Part shown: positions 50,001 to 62,671 of the stretch, piece after piece | Layout: each line of letters starts with the position of its first letter | Position numbering within the stretch: the first letter of the stretch is position 1 | From: Tubiluchus corallicola | Taxonomy: Eukaryota; Animalia; Priapulida | Direction: 5' to 3' | Length of the DNA: 64,000 nucleotides | Assembly (NCBI GenBank): GCA_030141605.1 | Contig: JAQGDQ010000131.1 | Span: forward strand, 1-64,000 | The notes under the pieces: model-generated | The model's database searches: none | The model's input: only the letters and a program-made list of their open reading frames with translations | Told to the model about the DNA's origin: nothing | Program-made: the position numbers and the translations under genes

Positions 50001-53000
50001 CACACATACTTGCGCACTCTCACAAATAAGCATGTACTTATATTTAGAAAACAGTCTTCGCACAAGACACAATACTAATCCATAATATGCAATCATTTTA
50101 TAAGAATGCAGAACAGGCAACTAAACATGTGTTTCATCAACGATCTACAAGTGATTTTACGTGGGAACATACCATACAATACAGTATTGTGGAACGCACC
50201 TGGCTTCAATGCTGATTGGCTGGTTAACGTTATTTGTTGTGAAGTAACCCCAATCCCATTGCTGTTAAACTTTTCTACAATGTTTTGCATGGCCTTAGCA
50301 GTGAAATAAACAGACCTGGGTGACTGCACTTCGTGCTGAGCTTCAGCGGCAGTCTACCACCTTTCATCCCTTACATGAAAAACGTAGACTGCAGTGATGC
50401 CGCCTTCCATAGTGAAAGGGTTAATAAAATTCATATTTCATGGGAAATATTTTTACTGAAAGCTCTGAAACTTGCAGAATCCAATCGACACCATTGGTCG
50501 CTGTTTGTTCGCAACTGTCGCTTGATTTTGCTGCTACGGCGGGAAGCGTCCGCCAGTGAGTTGAACACGTTCCGGCCGGCGGAATGGCGGTGGAAGCTAC
50601 CGGAAGTCTGCGACGAACAGTGGCATCATTACGTGCTCAATGCTGAACTCCCAGAGGTCAGTGTGGCTCTTTGAATAAAAGTTAACACTATTCGAAATAT
50701 AATAGATCTCATTCATTGTTTTTATGTAAACAACTTAAGCTAACAATTACTCGACTAGGCCTGCCATATTTGTGTAACTGATCTTGTGCACAGTGTGTTC
50801 TAATAAACATATCGATTTTGATGTCCGACATATCCGTCTCTGTTGGACTTTTTATGAGGTAGAAGATAGGTTGGCATTTGTTTCGCACCAAGAAATTGGT
50901 TTCAATTTCGATACCATAAGACATGACTAAAACGGAATTGGAGAAAACTGATATTTCATTTCCATTAAATTTGTTTTGAGAATCATTTTATTGGTCACCT
51001 TGAAAATATTAATAATTGTTTTCGCATACTTTCCACAAGTAACAAGATTTGTTGTACCATATGGTTTGTTACTTTAAAATAGACTTGTTCATTTGTACTG
51101 TAGAACAAATTCAGGAAATGTGCTAGGTCATTAAATTGTCATACGTTATATGAGCTCGCTGCATTTTCAGCAGCATCATACTCTTTAATTATTTTGCCCT
51201 TGGATATAAAAGTGCCACTGTTTTCAGCATGTGAGTACAATATGATTGTATACTGACACTAGCGTCAATCACGTGTGAACAGCCTAATGAGTATTGCATC
51301 TGATTTTCTGCATATGTTATGCCAAATTCTGTCATAAATTTCACATAATTTATGGTTAGCTGTTAATTAAATAACATTTATATATTTATGCTGGATGTGT
51401 TAATCTAACGCATAAGCATAATTACGTTTAAATTTCTTGTCTACTGTGTTGTAGTGGACCATTTTTTATTAAACTCCAGAATTTATAGCTTTTTTGTTGT
51501 TTAAAAATATTAAGCCGAAAAAGCTTACACCCATTTTTTCTTAGAATATGTTTTGGTACACTTAAGTCTTACATAATGTCATTATGATTAACTAAAAGGA
51601 AACATTAATTAGTATGTGCTAATAGGGAAAATTTAGAAGTATCCTTCTCCACTAGTTGTGTTAAAGAAACTGGTAGTTATTACAATAATGCATTAAATGA
51701 TTTACATGCTTTATCTTCAATATCTTGTTTCGTTTTGCTCTATACGGGCCATTGGACAGCCGAAAGTAAGGCCGATATCTGTGCATGAGTTCGCGAACCA
51801 ACAAGGTGTGGCTGAAGCTCAAGTGCCCGAAAGAAATTACTACACTAGCAAAGATTACCTTAATGCTAGTTCAGCTTAAAAATGCTTATTAAAGATTTGC
51901 TGTTTGTCTCAAGCGTGTGTCCCTTGTTCGGTCAAGCTCCACCGCGAACTCATATGAGGTTCAAAACATTTGGCCTTGTCTTTAAAAAAAACAACTAAGC
52001 CAAGCACACCACACCCGTACTTTTCATACTTTATAATTGCCCCAGTTCTGATCAGTGTTAAATTTAACATTCAGGTAATTTTACACTATTTAAAGCTTTC
52101 ACTTAATGAGAATACTGTAGTGTAATGAAGATCTTTTGGTTTGACTGTAGATAAAACTGTATGTTGATGGACACGAATTTAAATCATCTGATAAGAATCC
52201 TGACATCATTGATGACTGGCCATTACATGGAGAAAAAAGTGTTAAAACTACATTGGCCGTTGGTGCTTGCTGGCAAGGTTAGTGTTAAACTAATTTGTTT
52301 AATATACATCAGTTGTTATGCAAAACACGTGCGTTTAAACCAAACAATTACTTTTTGGTTGAGAAAAATGCCTGATATTATATAAAATGTGATAGACTAA
52401 AGGCAGGCAAATTAATACCAGTGATCCTGCAGCATCATGCAGAAACATAAGTTAGCTTAAAATAATGCATCACAGACTTTTTCTGCAATATTTTATATGC
52501 ATGCTTGCAAAATCACTTGGAAACAAGCTGCTACATTTCTTTGTTGAGCCACAAACTTTTTATGAAGGTAAATTTTTCATAAAATTTGAAATTTAATCAT
52601 TAATTTCTACAACAAATAATTTTTTCATTATTGTTTGTGCAGGTTCAGAGAATAAGATGGAACAATACTTCACTGGCTTTTTGGGAGGTTTGTCTATACT
52701 GAAAGGAAAGACTGAATCTCCTGATGTCATCAGCTGTCTACATTCTTGCAAAGAAAGCTTAGATTTTGCAGCATTGGAAGACATGGAGCCAGGAGCAGTA
52801 AGTATTGGCGTGTAGATTACTTGTGAAGTTTATTACTCTGTTGCAATGAAGTTGCAAGAGAAGGTGTAGCGACATCTCCATTCATATGTTAGCCCGTCTG
52901 TCCATAATTTTGAAAAACTCGGATGCATTTCAAGCCGAAGTAATAGACCCAAAGCCTTCATATTTTACGTATAGTCATCCTTCAGTTAAGAAAGAACCCT

Positions 53001-56000
53001 ATCGATTTCGTATCGCAGGATCAAAGGTCATTATCACAGGAGTGAATACTAGAAAAAGCTTGTGTAGCCTAAAGCTTTTGTAAATGCTAGGTGTGCTTGT
53101 TTATGCCAAAAACAAAACTAAACAGAAAAGAGCAGCAATTATTTAAACTATTTGGCCATATTGAAGTGTTAACGTTGAGGCTTTATCATACATCACAACT
53201 TTTTAAACATGCTTAAAGAAAGTAACTGGGACTAACTTCACTAAACACTTTGAAGTGAAACTTTTTCATTTGGTCTGAGTAAACACAATCTTTTTTCCAA
53301 ATCATTCAAACCGGTTTGTTTGAGACTTTTGTTTTATCAATTGCTGGGCTGAAAACATTTTGATTTTCATATTTGGCAGTTAATCTAATCATCTATCTGT
53401 CTGTCTAAATATCAGTTTAGAGCAAATTGTTCAGTTAGAGTAAATCATCAGTGAACGTTGTTTTAGTCACCTTTCTCTCTTGTCGTGCATTGAACACATA
53501 TTATGTAATTTGCACTTAATCTCATGTTGCTGAGACCTATAACTTTTTCATCTAAATAACTCAGTTTTGTCCCAAGTTAACATCCCACTAAGCTTGTGAC
53601 AAATTTATTGGTGCATGCTGAATATTTGAAGAGTCAAAGCTATAGTTTGACTAAGGATAATGATTTGTTTTAACATAACAATTAGACAATCTGAGAACAC
53701 AGACGATGATGTTAGTTACGTTATCGGATTGCTAGTAATCATTGTATATATGAATAGCTTCAGCTTGGTAACTTTTGCAGTGCTCACTCAGTGTTTTGGC
53801 ATTAATACTGTACTCATATTAGCTATTCCAATTTCATTCTTATTGTCGTTATCATTGTTTTATTGTAGTACTTGTATTAATGTGCTAAACATGAAGTAAC
53901 ATGAATGCCTTGCAAAGACCTCAGCCTTTATATTACTTAGCAATGCCAAAATTTATGCCTTTATTCTGTTCTGTCATTTGTTTTATTAATATTCTTTTGC
54001 GTTAGCTTAATTATCTTGTAGATAATTTAACACGAAAAGCTTGACTAGATTGTAAATGAGATTGCGTGATTAGTCGCACTTTTAATGACTGCTTGGCAAC
54101 CGCCATCTATCACTATCATCCTAAAGCAAATAGTCTACGTGCCTAATTATGCAGTAATTGTTACAGGAAGTGTCGTTTAATAGCGAACTCTCGCAGATTA
54201 CCCTGTCTGGACATGACGTCGAGCATTTTTCAGCGTTGCTGCATAACATCTCGTACATCAATCACCGGGAGTTTCCTACACCGGGACATCGCCGAGTCAA
54301 AGTAACAACTGACGTCAAGTACGTGTTTTAAACTTTTAATAGGTATTTCATAATATCAGCATGAGAGGTAACTGTTCTTGTTTATAATATGAGATTGGTT
54401 CAAAGCTTAGCTGGATGAAGCAAACTGTATGTGAAAACTCCTAAAAATATTACACAAAAAAAAGATATGGAAAGGAGTGAAACTGTGCAGAGGAATTCCT
54501 GATGAAGATTAAAAAAACAAAGAAAGAAGAAGCACAACTGGGAAAAGTGGAGCGGTTTCTTGATATTCTAGGACTGGATTAGGGAAAGGAGCTAGGAATG
54601 TACAATCACTTGCTGAATACATGATAAAGCTTAATACAGGGTGTGTCAAAAATGCATGCTTAAATGCAAAAATGCTGTGTTTCGCTTTTCTTGTTAATAA
54701 TTGAGTGCAGGTCTACTTGTTCTTAACTCGTGTTAGATTTTTTTGACAATTGGTGCGAAATAATTTGAATAGCGTGGTGTAATATTTAGCAGAGAACATT
54801 TTAGTAGTAAAGTTGAGACAGCGAGTTAAAACATTACATTTTACATTTAACTAGTATTGCGGTTTTTCTATAAGTAATTGGTGTTACTTGACTTGTTCCA
54901 TAATGCTTTAGTTGTTAAAATTTGGTATATTTATTTGCTTTCACAATGAAGTTTTTGTTTAACATGTGAAATAATGTTGATGCTCATAGATTTCAAGAAC
55001 TTAGAAAGCCAGTGAAATGTGATGGATTATCAACTTTGGCTGTATTATTTCGCCTAAATGCTTACACAGCAAATCAAACATGTAGTGGACTCTGGTGCAA
55101 ACATATCGGCAGATATGTCTTTTCCATGGTCCACATCAATGTTTACGAGCACTTGTTTCTCGATGTTTTGTTTAGTTTTGTGTTTAAAACAAATATTTTA
55201 TGCAGGTGTAAAGACAAACAAATCAGGAACGTTCCTGACGTCGACTTGCTTTTGGTTGTCCGGCAGATGCTTACACCAACTATAACTGTAACTGGCACAG
55301 ACCATTTGGCTCGTGGGTATGCAGAGATCAAGGCGGGGGTGAAAATTCTGAGTGACATCAGCATTACTGTCTCACATTTGCAGGAGGATGATGGTGTGTA
55401 GTAAACAGTTACCTGATTTTACTCTTTTTAACCGTTTTCTTCGCACTGCTCACCTGACAACAGCTCTAAAATTAAACGGTGAAATAAAATATGTGTAAAA
55501 ATAGCATTGTCATGTTTATATTTAAACAAGCTCTTATTTGTAAATAATACAAAATATTAATACTCTAACAGTTTAGGCACTATTCTTGTTTATGCATTTA
55601 GCAGTTGTCAATTTTAGATTCGAAAAAATAAATAAAATGTGCAATACATAATGTAAAAAAACAGGTAAAATTATTGATTGTCTAGGGAGATCAAACAAAA
55701 TGTCATAGTTACTAGTTGTTAATATCATAAAATACATTCTAGTTCCTTTCTTTGGATTGCTGAGTTATTGTCAGTTTTATTTCCCTTTTTGAATAGTACT
55801 CATCACAAATGTCTTGTAAGTTCTGATTTATTTCGATTTTTTATCAATTATCTTCTTTCTCCCATCTGTATCAATCTTATCTTCATTTTAATTCTCTATA
55901 AACTGTTTCTTCTTTTTATGGACAGGATTTAATTTTTTCCATTTTCTGCAACTCTCTGATGTGTGGAATTAAATTTCGTACTTAGTAAATTGTTCTGTGG

Positions 56001-57828
56001 AAGTATGTTACACCTCAGTGCCCCCTTTAAGGGTGAAATTGCTTATATGAATAAAGTCCCACGTTGTGTGAGCTTTTATAATTAGTTAAGCATTAATGAA
56101 ACTAAAAGCACTTCAATGGTTTTCCTGTGTGAACTCCAGGTTATGCTCTTTCTTTCTCTCTGCCATTAATAAACACTAATTATTAACTGCTTTCAACTGT
56201 TAGTCTGATTGTAGCAGTGATTAGACAGCATGCAATATTGTTTTTTTGTTATTTTGCAGTAACAAGTTTTGCAAAACACAAACTGGATTCTTGCCTTGTA
56301 CTGGTCGAAACCCCATTACTCAATCCAGAGCAGGAGTATTTTACCGTACCTTCGAACCTGATCCACCAACTCGGGCTGGAGTCAAAACAGACACAGCAGG
56401 GCCTCGTCATCTCCGGTATTTCAATACTATCTTTTATTGTATTTGTACTTCTTTGTTGTTTGCAAACATTACAACAGTGTCGATTATTTGTGTAATTTTT
56501 CTTATCTTTGTGTAATTAACAAAGTTTTGTTATTGCGATAATTAACAGCAAATATCATATGAGCTAGGTCTATTATTATTTTTATAAAAAAGTGCTAAGT
56601 GGAGAAGAAGACATACAACCGATAACCTTCATTATTAACCTTTTGTAACTTAGTGACATCTTGTGTTTTTGCATTTAAAGTAATATATAATCTAACAACG
56701 TAATACTTGCAGATATAGTTTCAAAATTTTTGCAGCCTTTGATTCCATATGGTTTTCCCAAAAAGTACTTATTCTTCCCCTATCAGGGCTTTAAGAGCTA
56801 GTCCATTTCATTTAATTCTAAACTGCTTTCTTGTCTCTTTTTCACGAGAGAAAAATCACCATTTTTTTTCTTTCACTGATGTTTGTACAGTCATTTCTCT
56901 TCAAATTCTTATTTTTCTTTCATTGTCACAGGAGCTGATAGAGTGATTAATTATGAAGAGGTGTTGCAGCACATTCACTACTACAATATGAAGCCAGAGT
57001 TTTATCTTAGTCGAACATTCAAAGTAAAATGCACAGAACTAAATGGAAGATTCACTAGCAACGAGCGTATAATTGAGGTAATTAAAAAATAAGATTTTGT
57101 TTCACGTACCATCATTTGTAATTGTAAAATCATTTTTCAAAAGCTTTGTATGATGAAATTTTGATAAATCATTAAAAAAATGAGTAACTGTTATTTGGTG
57201 TTCTCGGTAAAATCAATAAGACAAACCTGATAACTCAACTACTCGAACTGATGAAACAACTCTATTACTGAGTTATATGTAAACTTGTTTTAACTTGATA
57301 ATTAAATTACAGTGAATGAAAAATGAATAAATCTATTATAAAATTTTGATATAGCACACTCAATTAAAATATACACACACATATATATAGGACCGAAATG
57401 TGTAATATTCATACATCCATTTTCTAATCTGTACATTTTTATAACACATTCCATGGCAAAAGATTTGTATCAACATTTATATATTTTGTTACATTTGTGA
57501 TATTTCAGCTAAGTGTTATTCACACACATCCGGAGGAAGAAGCGCCAGCAGCTCACGTGCAGCACGACCAGATTCACGCAGCTCAGCCCAATTTTAAGGA
57601 GAGCCACCACAGTCCCGGACTTCGATTCGAGCAAGAAGGCAGCGCATTTCACCAGGCGACAGGAACTGCTAGTGGTTTGTAATTTGCTGTTATGTAATAG
57701 CAAAACTAGTGCTGTTGCAGTGATTGAGTGCAAAATCTTCATGTCATTATAACGCGATAACTATTTTTGAAAACAATTAGGTTTGAACTCCTAATCTTTT
57801 TTGTGAAACTTTTTAGGTGACTACTAGG

Positions 57829-57859
<31 letters not shown>

Positions 57860-59743
57860 TTTTCTGGTATGCATAAGCTGAACATCATACCCTAGTGCTA
57901 TTTCTTTACTATGCAATATTTGTTCATCATCGCATATGTGTATGCTACGTGAATGCGTGTAAGGAAATTAAAATAATTTTTCGCTTCTTACTGATAGAGG
58001 CTACTGAAGTCATTTTTGTGGTATAGAATTCATAATGCCTTATGTGTTCTTTATGAAACAGAGTGCATAATGCACTTGGTCCAGTATTTGTTTGAATAAG
58101 TTCTTTTGGCCTCACTTCTGCTCATTTTATTTGCAGCTGGCAATGCCGTGACAGTTATCGTTGTAGTTTGCCTGGGTTTTCTGGTTTTCATGATCGTTCT
58201 TGGTGTTGTTCGAATCCGAGCCAGTCAGAAACGCTCACAACAGCAGTGTGAGCAGGAACAGGAAATGGCATGGGATGACAGTGCACTAACCATCACTGTA
58301 AACCCAATGCAGGTTACATTCATTTCAATGCTAGCTTTAAATATATGCATTTCCTAGAATATCGACATCAGTTTGTAATTTAAGTCGTATGTGTAATGTC
58401 AAAGTAGCAGCAGCCTCATTTCAGAGCCACAAGTCTAACTTTTAGGCAGTTTGGCACATTTCATTAACTGCAGGCTACTGAGCATGGATAGATCAAATCT
58501 TTATCTTTGGTCACCTCAGTTTTTTCTCTTTCAGCAAGTGGTGATCATCTCCTGATCTAAACTTGAGCTTTTGTTCCCAAGATGTAAAAACTACCGTATA
58601 TGCTCGCATATAAACCGAATTTAGAACTATAAAATACAATACTGAAATCAGGGGGTCGGCTTATATGCGCATGAAACAAAATGAACACTTTTTATTTAGC
58701 GATACACCACTGTGTGTCACCAGTTGCGAGCCGTAACCAAGCTACAGCTAGTGGTGAAGCCGACGTGAGCACGCGGCCACAGAATTTAAAAGTGTGCTGA
58801 ATTTTGATAATTTTAGTTGTAAAATTATTTGTGCAATACACCATGCCTGGAGAAAAAAGAAAACGTATGTCCTATACTGCTGACTTCAAGCTAAAAGTGA
58901 TACCCAATTAACACAATGTGACAAAAAGGGATCAATTTTGTTGATTGGGTATGGAGAAAAATTAGACAAGTTGATGGTCGGCTTATATACGGGTTTTTGC
59001 AAAAACTGGCCATTTTAAAGCAGTTTTAGGGGGTCGGCTTATATGCGATGTAGGCTTATATGCGAGTATATACGGTAATTGGTCATTGATTACTGATCGA
59101 TTATAGATCATGGAGTGATTATTTCAAAAACTGAAATGCGGTACTTTGTTTCTGCACATAGGGGCAACAGCTTTTAAACTGCTATGAGACACAAAATTTG
59201 TTGGCAGTATTTTTAGTATTTTTAACATTTATATATCTCAACTAGAAACATTGGACAATGCCAAACTGTGACTTGTTTTTCAAAAATTCCTTAGAAATGT
59301 GGTAGGAGTTTTATTTCGTACACGGCAAATGTTTTAAAATCACATGAGACGTAAAATTTGGTGTCAATTTTTAATCATTTATAAAGTAATTGATTACTGT
59401 TTGCGGATATATTGAATTCTTTTACATTTGCTTAACTTTGCCAGTTTTAATATCATTTAAAAGCATGATTTTATAAACTCATACCTACCTCAGCTGTTAG
59501 TTAGATTTTGAGTTCTTTTTGGCTGAAGAACAGCAGCTTTAACCACGAATTAGCATTGCTTTCACGACTGTTGTTTATGTGCAGCAGAATGGTGGCGAAA
59601 TAGAAGATCACATCCAGGACTACAGCGACAGCGATGATGACGATGGCAGCTACATACACGATGACATGGACAGTTCAGAGGAAGAAGAAGAAGTAGCAAA
59701 ACCTCGGGGTAGAGAATTGGAATGGGATGATTCCACCCTCTAG
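22213..59743 (+). CDS. CLSTN1: Calsyntenin (alcadein; cadherin-superfamily type I membrane protein), 18 coding exons, ~930 aa
   Basis: Phase-consistent exons: 22213-22300 (signal peptide), 37232-37342, 37534-37720, 43726-43934, 45013-45159, 47380-47571, 49037-49150, 49454-49594, 50478-50656, 52151-52277, 52643-52797, 54167-54318, 55206-55393, 56260-56415, 56932-57077, 57509-57674, 58137-58312, 59585-59743. Two cadherin repeats (DVNEYEP, AYDCG), [12 protein letters not shown], LamG (WMKHG, WHHYVL, VGACWQG), TM helix, acidic tail with two W-acidic motifs ([20 protein letters not shown]). Symbol denotes the family; it is likely the single invertebrate ortholog. Confidence 0.95.
22600..22716 (+). 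repeat. Probable 3'-end fragment of a LINE (related to the 35068-35235 tail)
   Basis: TGGCAAA-ttagatgacctttcagtcgt-TTTGCCA hairpin followed by a CT-rich stretch and AATAAA; similar tggc..gatgaccttt..cctctct at ~35070-35110. Confidence 0.35.
25420..25520 (+). repeat. Dispersed repeat, second copy at ~28690-28772
   Basis: Shared catttaacagacaacat.agcact, actt.cactta and acacacaaataac. Confidence 0.65.
25535..25625 (-). repeat. Degenerate tRNA-derived SINE head (tRNA-Cys-like)
   Basis: Minus strand reads A-box-like GGCGGCCAAGTGGGATAG, anticodon-arm-like GACTGCAG and B-box GAGTTCGAGACT; no complete cloverleaf. Confidence 0.45.
33549..35235 (+). pseudogene. Decayed CR1/L2-group LINE ORF2 fragment (APE C-terminal half to RT domain 3) with probable 3' UTR
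   Basis: Frame-broken motifs [52 protein letters not shown] (ends ~34924); many stops and frameshifts. Confidence 0.85.
35623..35704 (-). repeat. 5S-rRNA-like degenerate segment (SINE3-like); related piece at ~32335-32372
   Basis: Plus strand CCAGGTGGTCACTCATCC...TTAACTTCGG resembles the reverse complement of the 5S internal control region; too diverged to be a functional 5S gene. Confidence 0.4.
37232..37720 (+). CDS. CLSTN1: Calsyntenin exons 2-3 (37232-37342, 37534-37720), cadherin repeat 1
   Basis: YHGLIRENE...; ICSYKI...PFEV...NCEKR..AIGCDG. Confidence 0.9.
39567..39947. mobile_element. hAT-superfamily MITE (381 bp)
   Basis: TIRs CAGGACCTATTTCA ... TGAAATAGGCCCTG; perfect 8-bp TSD GCGACATG at 39559-39566 and 39948-39955; GC-rich interior. 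Confidence 0.9.
40930..41066. repeat. (AT)n microsatellite with embedded 74-bp perfect palindrome
   Basis: TATATATTACATATATATGAATT (AT)14 AATTCATATATATGTAATATATA, followed by a long (AT)n run. Confidence 0.9.
42667..42769. repeat. Tandem duplication, 2 x 50 bp
   Basis: AATTTCGATAATACTTTTTATACAATTTACAGATCATTTTAAACTAAGTC repeated exactly. Confidence 0.92.
43726..45159 (+). CDS. CLSTN1: Calsyntenin exons 4-5 (43726-43934, 45013-45159), cadherin repeat 2
   Basis: [10 protein letters not shown]...[17 protein letters not shown]...; [10 protein letters not shown]...AYDCG...VCQMGWTG. Confidence 0.93.
47380..52797 (+). CDS. CLSTN1: Calsyntenin exons 6-11 (LamG/LNS region)
   Basis: 47380-47571, 49037-49150, 49454-49594, 50478-50656, 52151-52277, 52643-52797, all in phase; [54 protein letters not shown]. 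Confidence 0.92.
49837..50420. mobile_element. piggyBac-type non-autonomous element (584 bp)
   Basis: TTAA-CCCTTTCACTA ... TAGTGAAAGGG-TTAA: TTAA TSD with CCC/GGG termini. Confidence 0.82.
54167..59743 (+). CDS. CLSTN1: Calsyntenin exons 12-18 (juxtamembrane, TM, cytoplasmic tail)
   Basis: [13 protein letters not shown]; KLDSC; [21 protein letters not shown]; [26 protein letters not shown]; TAG stop 59741-59743. Confidence 0.92.
58594..59075 (+). mobile_element. pogo/Tc2-type internally deleted DNA transposon
   Basis: TA-CCGTATATGCTCGCATATAA ... TTATATGCGAGTATATACGG-TA; subterminal GGGGGTCGGCTTATATGCG repeats; transposase N-terminal remnant [20 protein letters not shown] at 58843. Confidence 0.88.
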
Positions 59744-61990
59744 TAAGAAAGAATGTGCCGCAGTTAGTACAAAATTAATTCTTAGTGTGTGGCAACCTGA
59801 TGACATATAAATAAAGATTTGCAGAACATGAAATGGCTGGAGTTTTTTAAACTGTTTTATACACTGAAGTGAGTGAATCATTGTTATCTCATGCACTAGA
59901 ACAGCCTTAGATGAACGTCAGATCCTGCCATTTTACAATTTTTTGCTAATCATCAAAATTTAAGTTTCAATGCATCTTTTATGCTAGATTAGGCAAGTTC
60001 TTTTTGAATGTTTATCTGTTTTTTTGAGTTTGAAGCACAAGAGTGCAGGAATCTCTGAGCAGCTTGTAAGCATGGTAAATCAGTTTTGTTTCTGTCTTTA
60101 ACTTTCATATATATTATTACAAATATATCAGCTATGTTATTTGACCTCTGTGTTGTGGGCAGCTTTATGAATATTGTGTATATTTAGAATCACATTATAT
60201 TACTTTCCAAAACAGGTTGTGCTAAATGCTGTGTACACTGTGTTGCCTTTTAGATTTAGTTTTTAGCAGAGCATTTGAGAAATTGAAGTGTAGTTTTAGT
60301 TTATATTTTAATTGATTCATGTTTAAATGTTAATGTATTTAGAATTTCATCAGTTGCAGTGATTTATGTAATATCAACTGAAAATCAAATTGCACGGTAA
60401 ACCTCATTCAAATTCTTGTTGCAGTAATCTTATTTTGCTTACAGAGTACACTGCATTAAAATTCCTTGATGCCATATCGTCGTTATTATAATTTTCTATT
60501 TTTACAAAAGATTATATTTATTCACTTTGACATTCCAAAAATCCTTAAGAACTTGTTAACGTTTTTTCTCTGTGAAAGCTGGAGCAGATTTGCGAAAGAA
60601 AATATAAACCCAAAGTGATAAATTATTCTGTAGTTTCTGTTTTTGAAGCTTCACCTCATTTTGCTGGCAGTTGACAAGTTAACAAAGCAATACATTCTTG
60701 TTAAACCTATTGTACATATTATACACTATATAGATAAAAATATTCATAGAAACAATCAAGAATGTTAAATCTTATGCTGTTGAAATGTTATTTAGATCTT
60801 GTCAGTCCTGTTTCCTTGAAATACTGTTTTCTACAGTCATAGCTTAACATTTGTTGTATATAAATACCCTGTAGTGTATTTGTGCGTGTTTACTATTTCC
60901 TTGATGACAAAATAAATGCGTTGGTGGTTTATTGTTATCCACACTTTAAGGAGCACAGACTGCACACAAGAGTTGCTATGATGCACAAATTGGTTAGTGT
61001 TTTTTAAGGAAATAATGATTATAAGATTATGTAAAATATCGGTATAATCTTGTTTATCTGTTTGTTGGTATGTGTTGTAGTCAAGTAAGCCTACCCTTTG
61101 GGAAAAATCAAATGTGTAGTAATGTGGATTTTTTTTGTTCATTTGCTAGAATGTCATTGAAACTAGGATATAATAGGAGCTAGAGATGAAAGTTGTAAAT
61201 TTCTGAAAGATATGATGTCATAATTGCAGTGAGATATTTATTGTAAAGTATGCAATATTGTTGAACTTAAAGCTAATCAATAATCGTTTTTAATTAGATT
61301 TACTCGATCTAGCGCGCAAACGTTAATATATGTCAAACAGTGACTCCAAACTAACATGTTTTTCTATTAAAAAAATAGTGTGATGCAGTAAATCCTGAAT
61401 TTAAAAAGATAGTTCTATAGATTTTGCTGTTGTTTCTAATCTAGATGAATCAAGTGTTATCATTACATTGTGATGTATCCCTCTTTTGACAAGAAAATCA
61501 AATAAATCATCATATTTCACCACAACGTATTGTTTTATGCTTTTATAGTGATCATTCTTATCCCAATCTGCTAATTTTTTGTTAAATTGTATGTTTTGTA
61601 ACATTTGCTCAATAAAGGGTTTCTCTAAGTTGATCATATCTGTGTATACCTGCTTTGCAAAAACATAATTTTTATAGAAACAAATTTTAGAAAATGTGAT
61701 AGCGATACTGTCCTGATTGGGAATTTCTTTCAATTTAGAATTACTGAAACTCCTTGTATGCAAAGAATGTTTAAAGACAAATAGCTAATGCATTATACAG
61801 TCATAAAAAATGTAGGTCAAAACACCGACTTTTTTTAACAATAAACTACTACCTTTTAACAGTGAGCTTACTCAGCTTACATGACGCATTTAAACAATAT
61901 TGGTGTTATTGCAGATTATTGATCTCCATTCAGTAGCTCAGTTCTGCTGTTCATCGACTTCCAGCGCGCATGACTGTGATACTAATGCGG

Positions 61991-62001
61991 GTGACTCAGC
62001 A
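61991..62001 (+). promoter_or_regulatory. AP-1/ARE (CNC-Maf) motif GTGACTCAGCA in the putative promoter of the downstream gene
   Basis: Perfect TGACnnnGCA match in a CpG-rich patch ~270 bp upstream of ATG 62270. Confidence 0.4.
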
Positions 62002-62269
62002 TGGCGTGGTGAATGCGCCATGAGGTGCTCGAAACTTCGATTTTTAGCGTCATTAATTATGTAGAACCGAAAGGGGCAATTTTTATTATAATTTCAGTGG
62101 ATTTAAAAATGATGGACAGTCTTCTTAGGCTTCTTTTTTTGAACAAAATGAGAAAGCGCTTGATATAAATGTTACGTTGCTTAGCGGGCAGACAACGAAA
62201 GAAAAAATAGATTTTCCTTCTAGAATAGCAGGTGTTTTGGTTTCCTTGACGGTTCTCGTGGATGTGAAT

Positions 62270-62671
62270 ATGGCTGGTCATTTTGGTGCTGATAAACATA
62301 AAACTTCTGGGACAGCGCCTAAAAGCGAATCGGAAGAGAATTTAGAAGACGTGCCAATATCCGAGTTCACTGGTGGACAGTTGTCTTTAGGTTTAGATTT
62401 AGAAGGTGAAGCAGTTGATACTGCTGAAAAACAAGTGATGTCTTTAGACAACAGTAACGCCACAGAGTTAAAATCTCCAGTAGACAATCAACGAATTTCC
62501 ACAGTGGACCCTACTCAACCTAGCCAAAATGCAGCTAATAATAATCCAAGCCCTGGTAGTGAATCTAGCATAAGAAGTTGGACAGAAAGCGCCAAACATA
62601 CTTTGAAAACATCAATTAGACGACACGAGGTTCCAAATGAATATGAAGCTAAGGGATTTTTTGCATTAAGG
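62270..62671 (+). CDS. Probable first coding exon of an unidentified gene (acidic, Ser-rich, low-complexity N-terminus)
   Basis: aatATGg start, 134 open codons (MAGHFGADKHK...EYEAKGFFALR), donor AGG|GTAAAT; family not recognised. Confidence 0.6.
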
